DNA from: a virus | Direction: 5' to 3' (one strand) | IMG/VR virus record: IMGVR_UViG_3300042294_004161 | Span: 35,131-99,130 of that record | Length of the DNA stretch: 64,000 nucleotides | In this document: one piece after another, positions 19,816-28,146 of the stretch | How the letters are laid out: each line of letters begins with the position of its first letter | How positions within the stretch are numbered: position 1 is the stretch's first letter | The notes under the pieces: model-generated | The model's input: only the letters and a program-made list of their open reading frames with translations | What the model was told of the DNA's origin: nothing | Database searches by the model: none | Made by a program: the position numbers and the translations under genes

Positions 19816-20145
19816 ATGAAAGTAAGACAACTTAGACAAATTATTAGAGAAGAAATTCAATCTGTGATGAAAGAACAAGAAGCTATTAAAATTACTCCTG
19901 AACAAAAAGCAGCATTTTTAGATAGGATTAAAGGATATGCTGAAGATGAAGGAGCAGATAGTGCTTTTTTTGAAGCAGGTAATATATTAGCTCGTGTACT
20001 TACTGATGATGAAGCTGAATTTATAGAAGATGTTGAAGATTTTGGATATAATGCCCAAGAAGTTGAAGATTATGCTCAAGATTTAGTAGGTTCTTTGGAT
20101 TTAGAATTCGATTATGACGATAATGATTACGACGATGATTTCTAA
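19816..20145 (+). CDS. Leader-family protein 3, highly acidic cargo
   Basis: Starts MKVRQLRQIIREEIQSVMKE; paralogous to the N-terminal half of the next ORF. Confidence 0.8.
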   Translation: MKVRQLRQIIREEIQSVMKEQEAIKITPEQKAAFLDRIKGYAEDEGADSAFFEAGNILARVLTDDEAEFIEDVEDFGYNAQEVEDYAQDLVGSLDLEFDYDDNDYDDDF

Positions 20146-20149
20146 TCAT

Positions 20150-20971
20150 ATGAAAAGAAAGCAGTTTAATCAACTACGCCAACTAATCAAAGAAGAAATT
20201 AAGTTAGCAATAAAAGAGCAAGAAGCTATTAAAATTACTCCTGAACAAAAGAAAGAATTTCTTAGATTAGTTAAAAGAACTATGGGAGAATTATATCTCA
20301 ACACAGGAAAAGAAGTGGTGAATGATGGGGAAGTAGATCGTCTTTTAGTTTCAGTTTTAACTAATGATGAAACCGATTGGTTAGAAGATATAGATCAATA
20401 CGGATATGACCCAGATGCTGTAAAAAAATACGCTGAAGAACTAGTATTACTTAGATTCCCAGACCCTCTACCTCCACCTCCTAAGGACTATGAAAATATT
20501 ATACAACAATATATTCAAAATGGAAATAAAGGTGATTTAGATTTAATGGGTTATGATAAACCTACTTTACCTAATAATTTTCCTTCTGAAATAGGAGGAA
20601 ATTTGTATTTAAATGATTCATCTATAAAATCTTTACCTGATGGATTAACAGTACATGGTAACTTAGGTTTAAGTAAATCATCTATAAAATCTTTACCTAA
20701 TAGACTAACAGTACATGGTACTTTGAGTTTAGCAGGTTTACCTATAAAATCATTACCTAAAGATTTAGTAGTAAAACAAAGAAAAAGAAACCGATTAGCT
20801 GATACTATATGGTTAACAAATACCCCAATTAGTAAAAAATATACAAAAGAAGAACTAGAAGCTTTATCTCCCGGAATTAAAGGTCTTCAATGGCTTGCAG
20901 GAGTATGGAATGAAGAAGATATTAAAGATCATAATTTAAAGAGAAAACCTGACGGAACTTTTTATAGATAA
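20150..20971 (+). CDS. Leader-family protein 4 with 20 aa leucine-rich repeats
   Basis: MKRKQFNQLRQLIKEEIKLAIKE; GxLxLxxxxIKSLPxxLxV repeats; start moved from 20114 to ATG 20150. Confidence 0.75.
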   Translation: MKRKQFNQLRQLIKEEIKLAIKEQEAIKITPEQKKEFLRLVKRTMGELYLNTGKEVVNDGEVDRLLVSVLTNDETDWLEDIDQYGYDPDAVKKYAEELVLLRFPDPLPPPPKDYENIIQQYIQNGNKGDLDLMGYDKPTLPNNFPSEIGGNLYLNDSSIKSLPDGLTVHGNLGLSKSSIKSLPNRLTVHGTLSLAGLPIKSLPKDLVVKQRKRNRLADTIWLTNTPISKKYTKEELEALSPGIKGLQWLAGVWNEEDIKDHNLKRKPDGTFYR

Positions 20972-20984
20972 AACAACATATTTT

Positions 20985-21023
20985 AAAGTAAAGCTTGGGA
21001 AACCAGGCTTTCTTTATTATATT
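20985..21023 (+). repeat. 39 bp direct repeat copy 1: terminator hairpin fused to CTTGG-N19-TATATT (copy 2 at 21909-21947)
   Basis: AAAGTAAAGCTTGG-GAAA-CCAGGCTTTCTTTATTATATT in both copies. Confidence 0.85.
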
Positions 21024-21029
21024 TACATT

Positions 21030-21275
21030 ATGAAAATAATAATTAATAGAATCCTCAATTTAGATGGAACATGGCAAAGCTATAAAATTTCATCTCCTAA
21101 TGCTTATACAAAACCAACTTGGAAAGAATTAGGTAAACAATTTAACACATTAAATGATATAATTGATTTTTATAAATTACAAAATGTAAGAGAACTAGGT
21201 GTAAAATATTCTTATGATAATAAGGATAGAAAATATGGAATTGAAGAACATGAAGCAATTTTACCATTAATTTAA
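21030..21275 (+). CDS. Hypothetical protein
   Basis: 81 aa ORF directly behind a promoter motif. Confidence 0.6.
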   Translation: MKIIINRILNLDGTWQSYKISSPNAYTKPTWKELGKQFNTLNDIIDFYKLQNVRELGVKYSYDNKDRKYGIEEHEAILPLI

Positions 21276-21295
21276 TAATTTTAAATTTTTTAATT

Positions 21296-21320
21296 AAAGC
21301 TTAATTATTTAAGCTTTTTT
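21296..21320 (+). terminator. Weak AT-rich hairpin with T-run
   Basis: AAAGCTTAA-TTAT-TTAAGCTTT-TTT. Confidence 0.45.
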
Positions 21321-21349
21321 GTTATATCATATTAAATAATAAATAATTT

Positions 21350-21574
21350 ATGAATTATTATACAAGACTTTTATATAAAGATAAAATGCATCCTGAAATT
21401 TATAATTCAAATATTCCTATAGACCAAAAATTATTTCTTCAAAATCAATTGGAGAAGTTTGGAGGAGATTTTGATAAACTTCTAGAAGATATGGAAAAAT
21501 ATGCTATACTTACTGATGTAGAAGATTATGAAAATGCAGCTAAGATTAGAGATTATAGAAAATATTTAAAATAA
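21350..21574 (+). CDS. Small protein with UvrB/UvrC-type (UVR) motif
   Basis: C-terminal EDYENAAKIRD. Confidence 0.6.
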   Translation: MNYYTRLLYKDKMHPEIYNSNIPIDQKLFLQNQLEKFGGDFDKLLEDMEKYAILTDVEDYENAAKIRDYRKYLK

Positions 21575-21681
21575 TTTGGTAATCTTACTTTTCTTTCATA
21601 TATTTATCATAAATAATTAAAAAACATAAACATGAAAGTAACACAACTACGTCAATTAATCAGAGAAGAAATTCAATCTGT
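21563..21681 (+). repeat. 119 bp perfect direct repeat, copy 2
   Basis: Identical to 19025-19143. Confidence 0.9.
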
Positions 21682-21892
21682 AAAGAAAACATCCATAAAT
21701 GAAAATATGACCTCAGAATATTGGAGTATAATGGTTGAAAATCAACCCGAAGATGTAATTAAGATTTTAGTTGATTTAACTAATGGTAAACTATCTTATC
21801 GTGACTTTTTAGAATCTACAGAAGCTGATATATATGATTCCTTTAGAGATGAAATGGGAGAAGATGAAGATGATGAGTTTGATGAAGATTAA
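21632..21892 (+). CDS. Leader-family protein 5, acidic cargo
   Basis: Starts MKVTQLRQLIREEIQSVKK; ends EDEDDEFDED. Confidence 0.8.
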   Translation: MKVTQLRQLIREEIQSVKKTSINENMTSEYWSIMVENQPEDVIKILVDLTNGKLSYRDFLESTEADIYDSFRDEMGEDEDDEFDED

Positions 21893-21908
21893 TAAATAAA
21901 AACCATTA

Positions 21909-21947
21909 AAAGTAAAGCTTGGGAAACCAGGCTTTCTTTATTATATT
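21909..21947 (+). repeat. 39 bp terminator/promoter repeat copy 2
   Basis: Identical to 20985-21023; lies ahead of the PolA-like gene. Confidence 0.85.
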
Positions 21948-21973
21948 ATATGTCAATAAAAGGTTATAGATAA

Positions 21974-23254
21974 ATGTTTTGGCTAATAGAAAAAGACTCA
22001 CAAATTGAATATTTAATAAATAAAAAATATGAAGAAGTATTTGTTGAGGTAATCTCTTATAATGATAATTTACATCCAATCCTCAACGATGTGTCTTTAA
22101 TATATTATAAACCGTTAAAATCCAATAAAGGGTTTATGTTATGTATTGACCATAGTGAATCATTAAATGCAGATAAAACACTAATAGACACGTTATTAAC
22201 ACAAACATCTCGTATATGGGTACGAGATAAGAAAAAAACATTATATTATTTACCTATTAAAAATTTATATGATGTAAATTTAATTGATACACCATATGAA
22301 CCAGCTTTAACACCCACTCATATTTATTTTCAAAACAAATATCCTGAGTATAAGAAAATAAATAAATTAATTCCTATATCAAAACATTATGAATTATGTG
22401 AGGGTATATATAATAATGTAAAACATAATTTTGATAAAGAATTACCATCTTATTTTGAGTTTTATAACAATAAAGCAACACTTGCTTTTTTTGGAATAGA
22501 AAAAAATGGAATAACAATAAACGAAAATATATTTTATGAACATTTTAAACCAAATCAATCTTTTTATTCTATCCAAGATTCAAAGATTTATACCAATTAC
22601 AACTTATATACAACTACACGCAGACCCAGCAACGCTTTTAATGGGGTTAACTTTGCCGCATTAAATAAAGAAAATGGTTCTAGAAAAAGTTTTATCCCAC
22701 AAAACCACAGATTTGTTGAAATTGATATAAGTGCTTATCACCCTCACCTAACAGCCAATTTAGTTGGTTATGATTTTGGAGATCAAGATGTACACCAAGT
22801 ATTTGCAGATATGTATGGTGTCTCATATGATGAATCTAAAAATCTTACATTTAAACAGTTATATGGTGGAGTATTCAGAGAATATGAAAACCTAGAATAT
22901 TTCCAACTCATAAAACAATACATTAATAATATCTGGGAGGAGTTCAATAACTCAGGTAAAGTTATTACACCAATTTCAGGTTATTGCTTTGAAAAAAGTA
23001 AATTAGATAATATGAACCCTCAAAAATTATTTAATTACATATTACAAAACTATGAGAGTTCAAATAATGTTCATATATTGATGGACATTCATAAATTATT
23101 AAAAGGAAAAAATACTAAGTTAATTTTATACACATATGATTCAGTATTAATAGATTATGACGATGAAGAAAAATTATTTAATAGTATAAAAAACATATTT
23201 AAAAAACACAATTTAAAAATAAAGGTTAAAAATGGAACCAACTACGACTTTTGA
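21974..23254 (+). CDS. Compact, divergent family A DNA polymerase-like protein
   Basis: TRRPSN..NFAAL, motif A-like EIDISAYHP, motif B-like K.LTFKQLYGG, motif C-like YTYDS. Confidence 0.7.
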   Translation: MFWLIEKDSQIEYLINKKYEEVFVEVISYNDNLHPILNDVSLIYYKPLKSNKGFMLCIDHSESLNADKTLIDTLLTQTSRIWVRDKKKTLYYLPIKNLYDVNLIDTPYEPALTPTHIYFQNKYPEYKKINKLIPISKHYELCEGIYNNVKHNFDKELPSYFEFYNNKATLAFFGIEKNGITINENIFYEHFKPNQSFYSIQDSKIYTNYNLYTTTRRPSNAFNGVNFAALNKENGSRKSFIPQNHRFVEIDISAYHPHLTANLVGYDFGDQDVHQVFADMYGVSYDESKNLTFKQLYGGVFREYENLEYFQLIKQYINNIWEEFNNSGKVITPISGYCFEKSKLDNMNPQKLFNYILQNYESSNNVHILMDIHKLLKGKNTKLILYTYDSVLIDYDDEEKLFNSIKNIFKKHNLKIKVKNGTNYDF

Positions 23255-23690
23255 TAATTACTATAATATTTATTGGGAGAACACCCAATTAAATACTAAA
23301 GATTTGAATAACCGACTGTTATGCACGTTTGTATCTGAGGATACATTAGATGATATGATATATAGTATAGAGAATGCTTACTCTATCATGTACAATAAAA
23401 TGTTTGTACTTTTTATTAAAAGCACAGGTGAATATGCTATTACCTATAATGTAGACCAAGGTAATGTTAGTAACATTCCTAAAAATACTATATTAGTTCA
23501 CCGTAAAAAAGAGTTTAATGTTTTATATAGTTTAAATGGTTTAAACGAAATAATTAAGACGTTAAATGGAGGTGTAGTAGATCCGTCATTTAAAATAAAT
23601 TGGCAACATTATCAAAATAGTATTCTATTAACTCAAGAAGGTCAATTAAAACAGCTAAATACAAAAATTCACAAGATTGTTGAATTATAA
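23232..23690 (+). CDS. Hypothetical replication-region protein
   Basis: LLCTF, TYNVD, TILVHRKKE.N.LYS.N. Confidence 0.65.
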   Translation: MEPTTTFDNYYNIYWENTQLNTKDLNNRLLCTFVSEDTLDDMIYSIENAYSIMYNKMFVLFIKSTGEYAITYNVDQGNVSNIPKNTILVHRKKEFNVLYSLNGLNEIIKTLNGGVVDPSFKINWQHYQNSILLTQEGQLKQLNTKIHKIVEL

Positions 23691-23720
23691 TTTGGCTAAG
23701 CCAAAATAAGTTATTATATT
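23691..23720 (+). promoter_or_regulatory. TTTGG-N19-TATATT promoter with a small hairpin (TTTGGC-TAA-GCCAAA)
   Basis: Exact spacing; upstream of the SSB-recombination operon. Confidence 0.7.
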
Positions 23721-23749
23721 ATAGTTAAACTAAAAATTAAAACACAGTT

Positions 23750-24583
23750 ATGGATTTAAACGAAATGAAAAACCGACTGGCATCTATCCAGTCAAAATCA
23801 ACAGGGAAAGGTGGTAACAACCAAAAATCAGTTTTTTGGAAACCATCTGTAGGTAAACAAGTTATCCGAGTTGTACCTAATAAGTACAATAAGAAAAACC
23901 CATTTACAGAATTGTATTTTCACTATGGTATTGGAAAAAACACTATGGTGTCTCCATCAAATTGGGGAGAAAAAGACCCGATCATCGAGTTTGCAAAACA
24001 ACTACGGGGTACTAGTGACAAAGAAAATTGGAGATTAGCTAAGAAGCTTGATCCTAAAATGAGGGTTTTTGTACCTATTATTGTACGAGGTGAAGAAAGT
24101 GAAGGAGTACGTTTGTGGCAGTTTGGTAAAGAACTTTATATGGATTTTCTTAATCTAGCTGATAATGAAGATGTAGGTGACTTTACAGATGTTCATGAAG
24201 GTAGAGATATTACATTAACTACTGTAGGACCAGAAGTAACAGGAACAAGTTACAACAAAACAACAATCATGCCTAAAGTTAAAATTACAGCTTTAGCAGA
24301 TGATAAGAAAACTATTGAAGCATTGCTTGAAAATCAACCAAATCCTAAAGAAGTATTTAAGAAATACTCATATGAGGAAATGAAGCAATCTTTACAAGAA
24401 TGGTTAGCTCCTGAAGAAGATGAAAGTGATACTCCAGTTGAAGAAGATGAAACCCCAGTTACCAAACAATCTACAGGTACTGAGTATGCTCTAAAAACAC
24501 CTGCAGCAAAAGTAAGCAAAGCAGAAAAATTTGATGCTTTGTTTGATGATGAAGAGGCTGGGGACCTTCCTTGGGAAAAATAA
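23750..24583 (+). CDS. Single-stranded DNA-binding protein (T4 gp32-like)
   Basis: FWKP..G..IRVVP, HY, DPI.E, GVRLWQFG, GRDI, acidic tail ending DLPW. Confidence 0.85.
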   Translation: MDLNEMKNRLASIQSKSTGKGGNNQKSVFWKPSVGKQVIRVVPNKYNKKNPFTELYFHYGIGKNTMVSPSNWGEKDPIIEFAKQLRGTSDKENWRLAKKLDPKMRVFVPIIVRGEESEGVRLWQFGKELYMDFLNLADNEDVGDFTDVHEGRDITLTTVGPEVTGTSYNKTTIMPKVKITALADDKKTIEALLENQPNPKEVFKKYSYEEMKQSLQEWLAPEEDESDTPVEEDETPVTKQSTGTEYALKTPAAKVSKAEKFDALFDDEEAGDLPWEK

Positions 24584-24597
24584 AATTAATTTAATTT

Positions 24598-25707
24598 ATG
24601 GCAAGATCTAAAAAAAGTGAAACACTTATGGCTGCCTTCTCCTCAGAGCTTAAATCTAAATTTGATTTAGAAAAGTTTAAAGAGAAAAAGTTATTAAGTG
24701 CTAATTCTAAATTCAAATCACAGAAATGGATCCCATTTTCACCTGCTATCCAAGAGGCACTCTCGATTCCGGGAGTGCCAATGGGTCATATCACAATATC
24801 AAGGGGTGGATCTGATACAGGTAAAACCACATTATTAATTGAAACTGCTGTAGCAGCTCAAAAAATGAACATTTTACCAGTTTTTATTATTACTGAACAG
24901 AAATGGGATTTCTCTCATGCTCAAAAAATGGGTTTAGAATTACAAGAAATCCCAGATGAAGAGACTGGAGAAATTATGGATTATAAAGGTTTCTTTCTAT
25001 ATGTAGATAGATCATCTTTAAATTCTATTGAAGACGTTTCTGGTTTTATTGCTGATATATTGGATGAACAGAAAAAAGGTAATTTACCATATGATTTATT
25101 ATTTTTATGGGATTCATCAGGTTCAATTCCATGTAGAATGAGTATTGAACAAAACAATAACAATCCAATGTGGAATGCAGGAGCAATGGCTGCTCAATTT
25201 GGTAATTTTATCAACCAAAAATTCCCATTATCTCGTAAAGAAAGTTCACCATATACAAATACATTTTTTGTTATTAATAAAACAGGTGTTCAACCAGCAT
25301 TAGTTCCAATGGCACAACCCAGAATGACTAATAAAGGAGGTAATGCAATGTATTGGGATGCTACAATTGTTATCACATTTGGTAATATTACTAATAGTGG
25401 TACCTCAAAAATTAGTGTTCAACATACTGGTAAAAAAGTTGAATTTGCAAAACGTACTAAGATTGCAATTGATAAAATTCATGCTGATTATGGAATTGCT
25501 ACTACATCAACAGTTATTGTAACACCACATGGATTCATTGATGACACAAAAGAAGCTATAAAAGAATATAAAGCTAAACATGCTCATGAATGGTTTAATG
25601 ATCAAGTGAATGTTACTGAATTAGCACTTATTGAAGACAACTCAGAATGGGAAGAAAGTAGTAGAATATCTCCTACAATGTCTGTAGATGAGGATGAAAC
25701 AAATTAA
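24598..25707 (+). CDS. uvsX: RecA/UvsX-like recombinase
   Basis: PGVPMG, Walker A GGSDTGKT, Walker B LFLWDS, KGGNAMY. Confidence 0.85.
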   Translation: MARSKKSETLMAAFSSELKSKFDLEKFKEKKLLSANSKFKSQKWIPFSPAIQEALSIPGVPMGHITISRGGSDTGKTTLLIETAVAAQKMNILPVFIITEQKWDFSHAQKMGLELQEIPDEETGEIMDYKGFFLYVDRSSLNSIEDVSGFIADILDEQKKGNLPYDLLFLWDSSGSIPCRMSIEQNNNNPMWNAGAMAAQFGNFINQKFPLSRKESSPYTNTFFVINKTGVQPALVPMAQPRMTNKGGNAMYWDATIVITFGNITNSGTSKISVQHTGKKVEFAKRTKIAIDKIHADYGIATTSTVIVTPHGFIDDTKEAIKEYKAKHAHEWFNDQVNVTELALIEDNSEWEESSRISPTMSVDEDETN

Positions 25708-25714
25708 TTAAATT

Positions 25715-26752
25715 ATGAACAAAAAAGACCTACTTAAACTTCTCAACAATGTTGTTGAGAATGAGGAGCCAGTATCTGTAAATCGTTATGACAGAGTGCT
25801 TTTAATAGATGGATTAAATTTATTCTTTAGGAATTTTGCAATGATGAATATTGTTAATTCTCAAGGGGCGCATGTTGGGGGTTTAGGTGGTTTTATTAGG
25901 TCATTAGGAACTTTAATAAATCAAATCCAACCTACATCTATGTTTGTTATATTTGATGGGATGGGTTCTTCCACCAACAGGAAGAACCTACTCCCAGAAT
26001 ATAAATCAGGTCGTAATGTTAATAGAATTACTAATTGGGATGTATTTGAAAATTTAGAAGAAGAAGATGATGCTAAAATATCTCAAATAGTAAGGTTAGC
26101 TCATTATCTAAAATGTCTTCCTGTTAAAACAATAGCAATAGACAAATCTGAAGCAGATGATATTATAGCATATTATAGTCAATTATTACCTGAAAAATAT
26201 AATTCTAAAGTATTTATAGTATCTAGTGATAAAGATTTTATTCAATTGGTAAATAAAGATGTTACTGTTTATCGACCAACTGAAAGAGAATATTATACTC
26301 CAGAAATAGTTAAACAAAAGTTTGGAGTTCCACCTGAGAATTTTATCTTATATAAAATGTTATTAGGTGATAATTCAGATAAAGTTCCGGGTGTTAAAGG
26401 ATTAGGAGATAAAGGATTACTTAAAAGATTTCCTGAATTGACTGAAGAAATATTAACTAAAGATGATATATTTGATATAGCAAAAGAAAAATATAAAGAA
26501 CATGTTATCTACTCTCGAATAGCATTTGAACAAACCCGATTAGAACAAAATTTTAAAATAATGAATCTAAGTAATCCGTTATTAGATGATGAAGATAAAT
26601 TACTTTTAGAAGAATTTGCAGAAGGTAAAAACCCAATTTTGAATCGTGAAGATTTTTTACGATTTTACAATGATGATGGTTTAGGTCATCTAATTAAAAA
26701 TGTTGATTTTTGGATCAGCGACACTTTTAAAGTATTAAATAGTTTTAAATAA
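25715..26752 (+). CDS. 5'-3' exonuclease/flap endonuclease (T4 RNase H-like)
   Basis: LLIDGLN, FDG, YKSGR, EADDIIA, SSDKDF.QL, GDNSDKVPGVKGLG. Confidence 0.9.
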   Translation: MNKKDLLKLLNNVVENEEPVSVNRYDRVLLIDGLNLFFRNFAMMNIVNSQGAHVGGLGGFIRSLGTLINQIQPTSMFVIFDGMGSSTNRKNLLPEYKSGRNVNRITNWDVFENLEEEDDAKISQIVRLAHYLKCLPVKTIAIDKSEADDIIAYYSQLLPEKYNSKVFIVSSDKDFIQLVNKDVTVYRPTEREYYTPEIVKQKFGVPPENFILYKMLLGDNSDKVPGVKGLGDKGLLKRFPELTEEILTKDDIFDIAKEKYKEHVIYSRIAFEQTRLEQNFKIMNLSNPLLDDEDKLLLEEFAEGKNPILNREDFLRFYNDDGLGHLIKNVDFWISDTFKVLNSFK

Positions 26753-26766
26753 AAAGTTATAAATAA

Positions 26767-28146
26767 ATGACATTAAGTTCACTAAATTCATATGGCTCAT
26801 CTTTTCAGGTCAAAGTATTATCTGCTTTATTAACCCGTAAAGAATTCCTTTTAAACATACATGATGTCTTAAATGAAGAATATTTTGAAAATTCAGCTCA
26901 TCGTTGGATAATTAAAGAAATATTGAAATATTATCAAAAATATCATACTACACCTTCATTAGAAACATTAAAAATTGAATTAAAGAAAATTGATAATGAA
27001 GTACTACAAATTTCAGTTAAAGAACAACTTCGGGAAGCTTATAAATCATCAGATGAAGATTTAAAGTATGTTGAAGAAGAATTTGCTAATTTTTGTAAGA
27101 ACCAACAGTTGAAAGCAGCGCTTTTAAACAGCGTCCAATTCTTAAACGCCGGAGATTATGACTCTATAAGGTCATTGATTAATAACGCGTTAAAGGCAGG
27201 ACAAGACAAAAATATTGGCCACGAGTATAATAAAGATGTTGAATCAAGATATCGTGAAGACCATAGAGTAGTAGTACCTACACCTTGGGATTTATTTAAT
27301 GAATTCCTTCAAGGTGGATTAGGTAATGGAGACTTTGGTTTAATATTTGGTAATCCTGGAGGTGGCAAATCATGGGCTTTAATAGCATTAGGTGGTTATG
27401 CTGTTAAAATGGGGTACAATGTTGTTCATTACACATTAGAGTTAGGTGAGGATTATGTAGGAAGACGATATGATGCCTTTTTTACTAATATACCTGTTGA
27501 TAAAATAACAGACAAAAATAATAGGGCATCTGTAGAAGATACCGTTACAAATCTTTCAGGACAATTAATTATTAAAGAATATTCACCAGGAAGAGCATCT
27601 ATATCAACAATTGAAGCCCACATTAAAAAATGTATAGACCAACAAGATTTTCAACCTGACTTAGTACTTATAGATTACGTTGATCTTCTTCGTTCTAAAA
27701 AAACAAACAGAGAACGAAAAGATGAAATTGATGATATTTATATAAGCACTAAAGCACTTGCTCGTGAATTAAATATTCCGATATGGTCTGTATCACAAGT
27801 AAATAGAACAGGTGCAAAAGACAATATTATTGAAGGTACATCTGCAGCTGGATCATATGATAAAATGATGATTACAGATGTAGCTATGTCTCTTTCACGT
27901 AAAAGACAAGACAAAGTAAATAATACTGGAAGATTTCATATTATGAAAAACAGGTATGGTATGGATGGAATGACGTATAATGCAAATGTTAACACATCAA
28001 CTGGACATTTTGAGATTTTAGGTGAATTTGATGAGAATGATGAGGATGAAACACCAAAACCATCAAAACCACAAAAATTTGATACTGTGGATTATATGGA
28101 TAAAAAAGAACTAAAAAATAAATTTTTTGAATTAAATGGAAACTAA
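26767..28146 (+). CDS. DnaB-like replicative helicase (T4 gp41-like)
   Basis: GNPGGGKS, YTLEL, LIDYVDLL, WSVSQ.NR, KNRYG. Confidence 0.9.
   Translation: MTLSSLNSYGSSFQVKVLSALLTRKEFLLNIHDVLNEEYFENSAHRWIIKEILKYYQKYHTTPSLETLKIELKKIDNEVLQISVKEQLREAYKSSDEDLKYVEEEFANFCKNQQLKAALLNSVQFLNAGDYDSIRSLINNALKAGQDKNIGHEYNKDVESRYREDHRVVVPTPWDLFNEFLQGGLGNGDFGLIFGNPGGGKSWALIALGGYAVKMGYNVVHYTLELGEDYVGRRYDAFFTNIPVDKITDKNNRASVEDTVTNLSGQLIIKEYSPGRASISTIEAHIKKCIDQQDFQPDLVLIDYVDLLRSKKTNRERKDEIDDIYISTKALARELNIPIWSVSQVNRTGAKDNIIEGTSAAGSYDKMMITDVAMSLSRKRQDKVNNTGRFHIMKNRYGMDGMTYNANVNTSTGHFEILGEFDENDEDETPKPSKPQKFDTVDYMDKKELKNKFFELNGN

Noticed and set aside
19025-21947. Repeats read as a CRISPR array or att sites
   Set aside because: Only two copies of each, separated by whole genes; no regular spacers and no integrase or cas operon.
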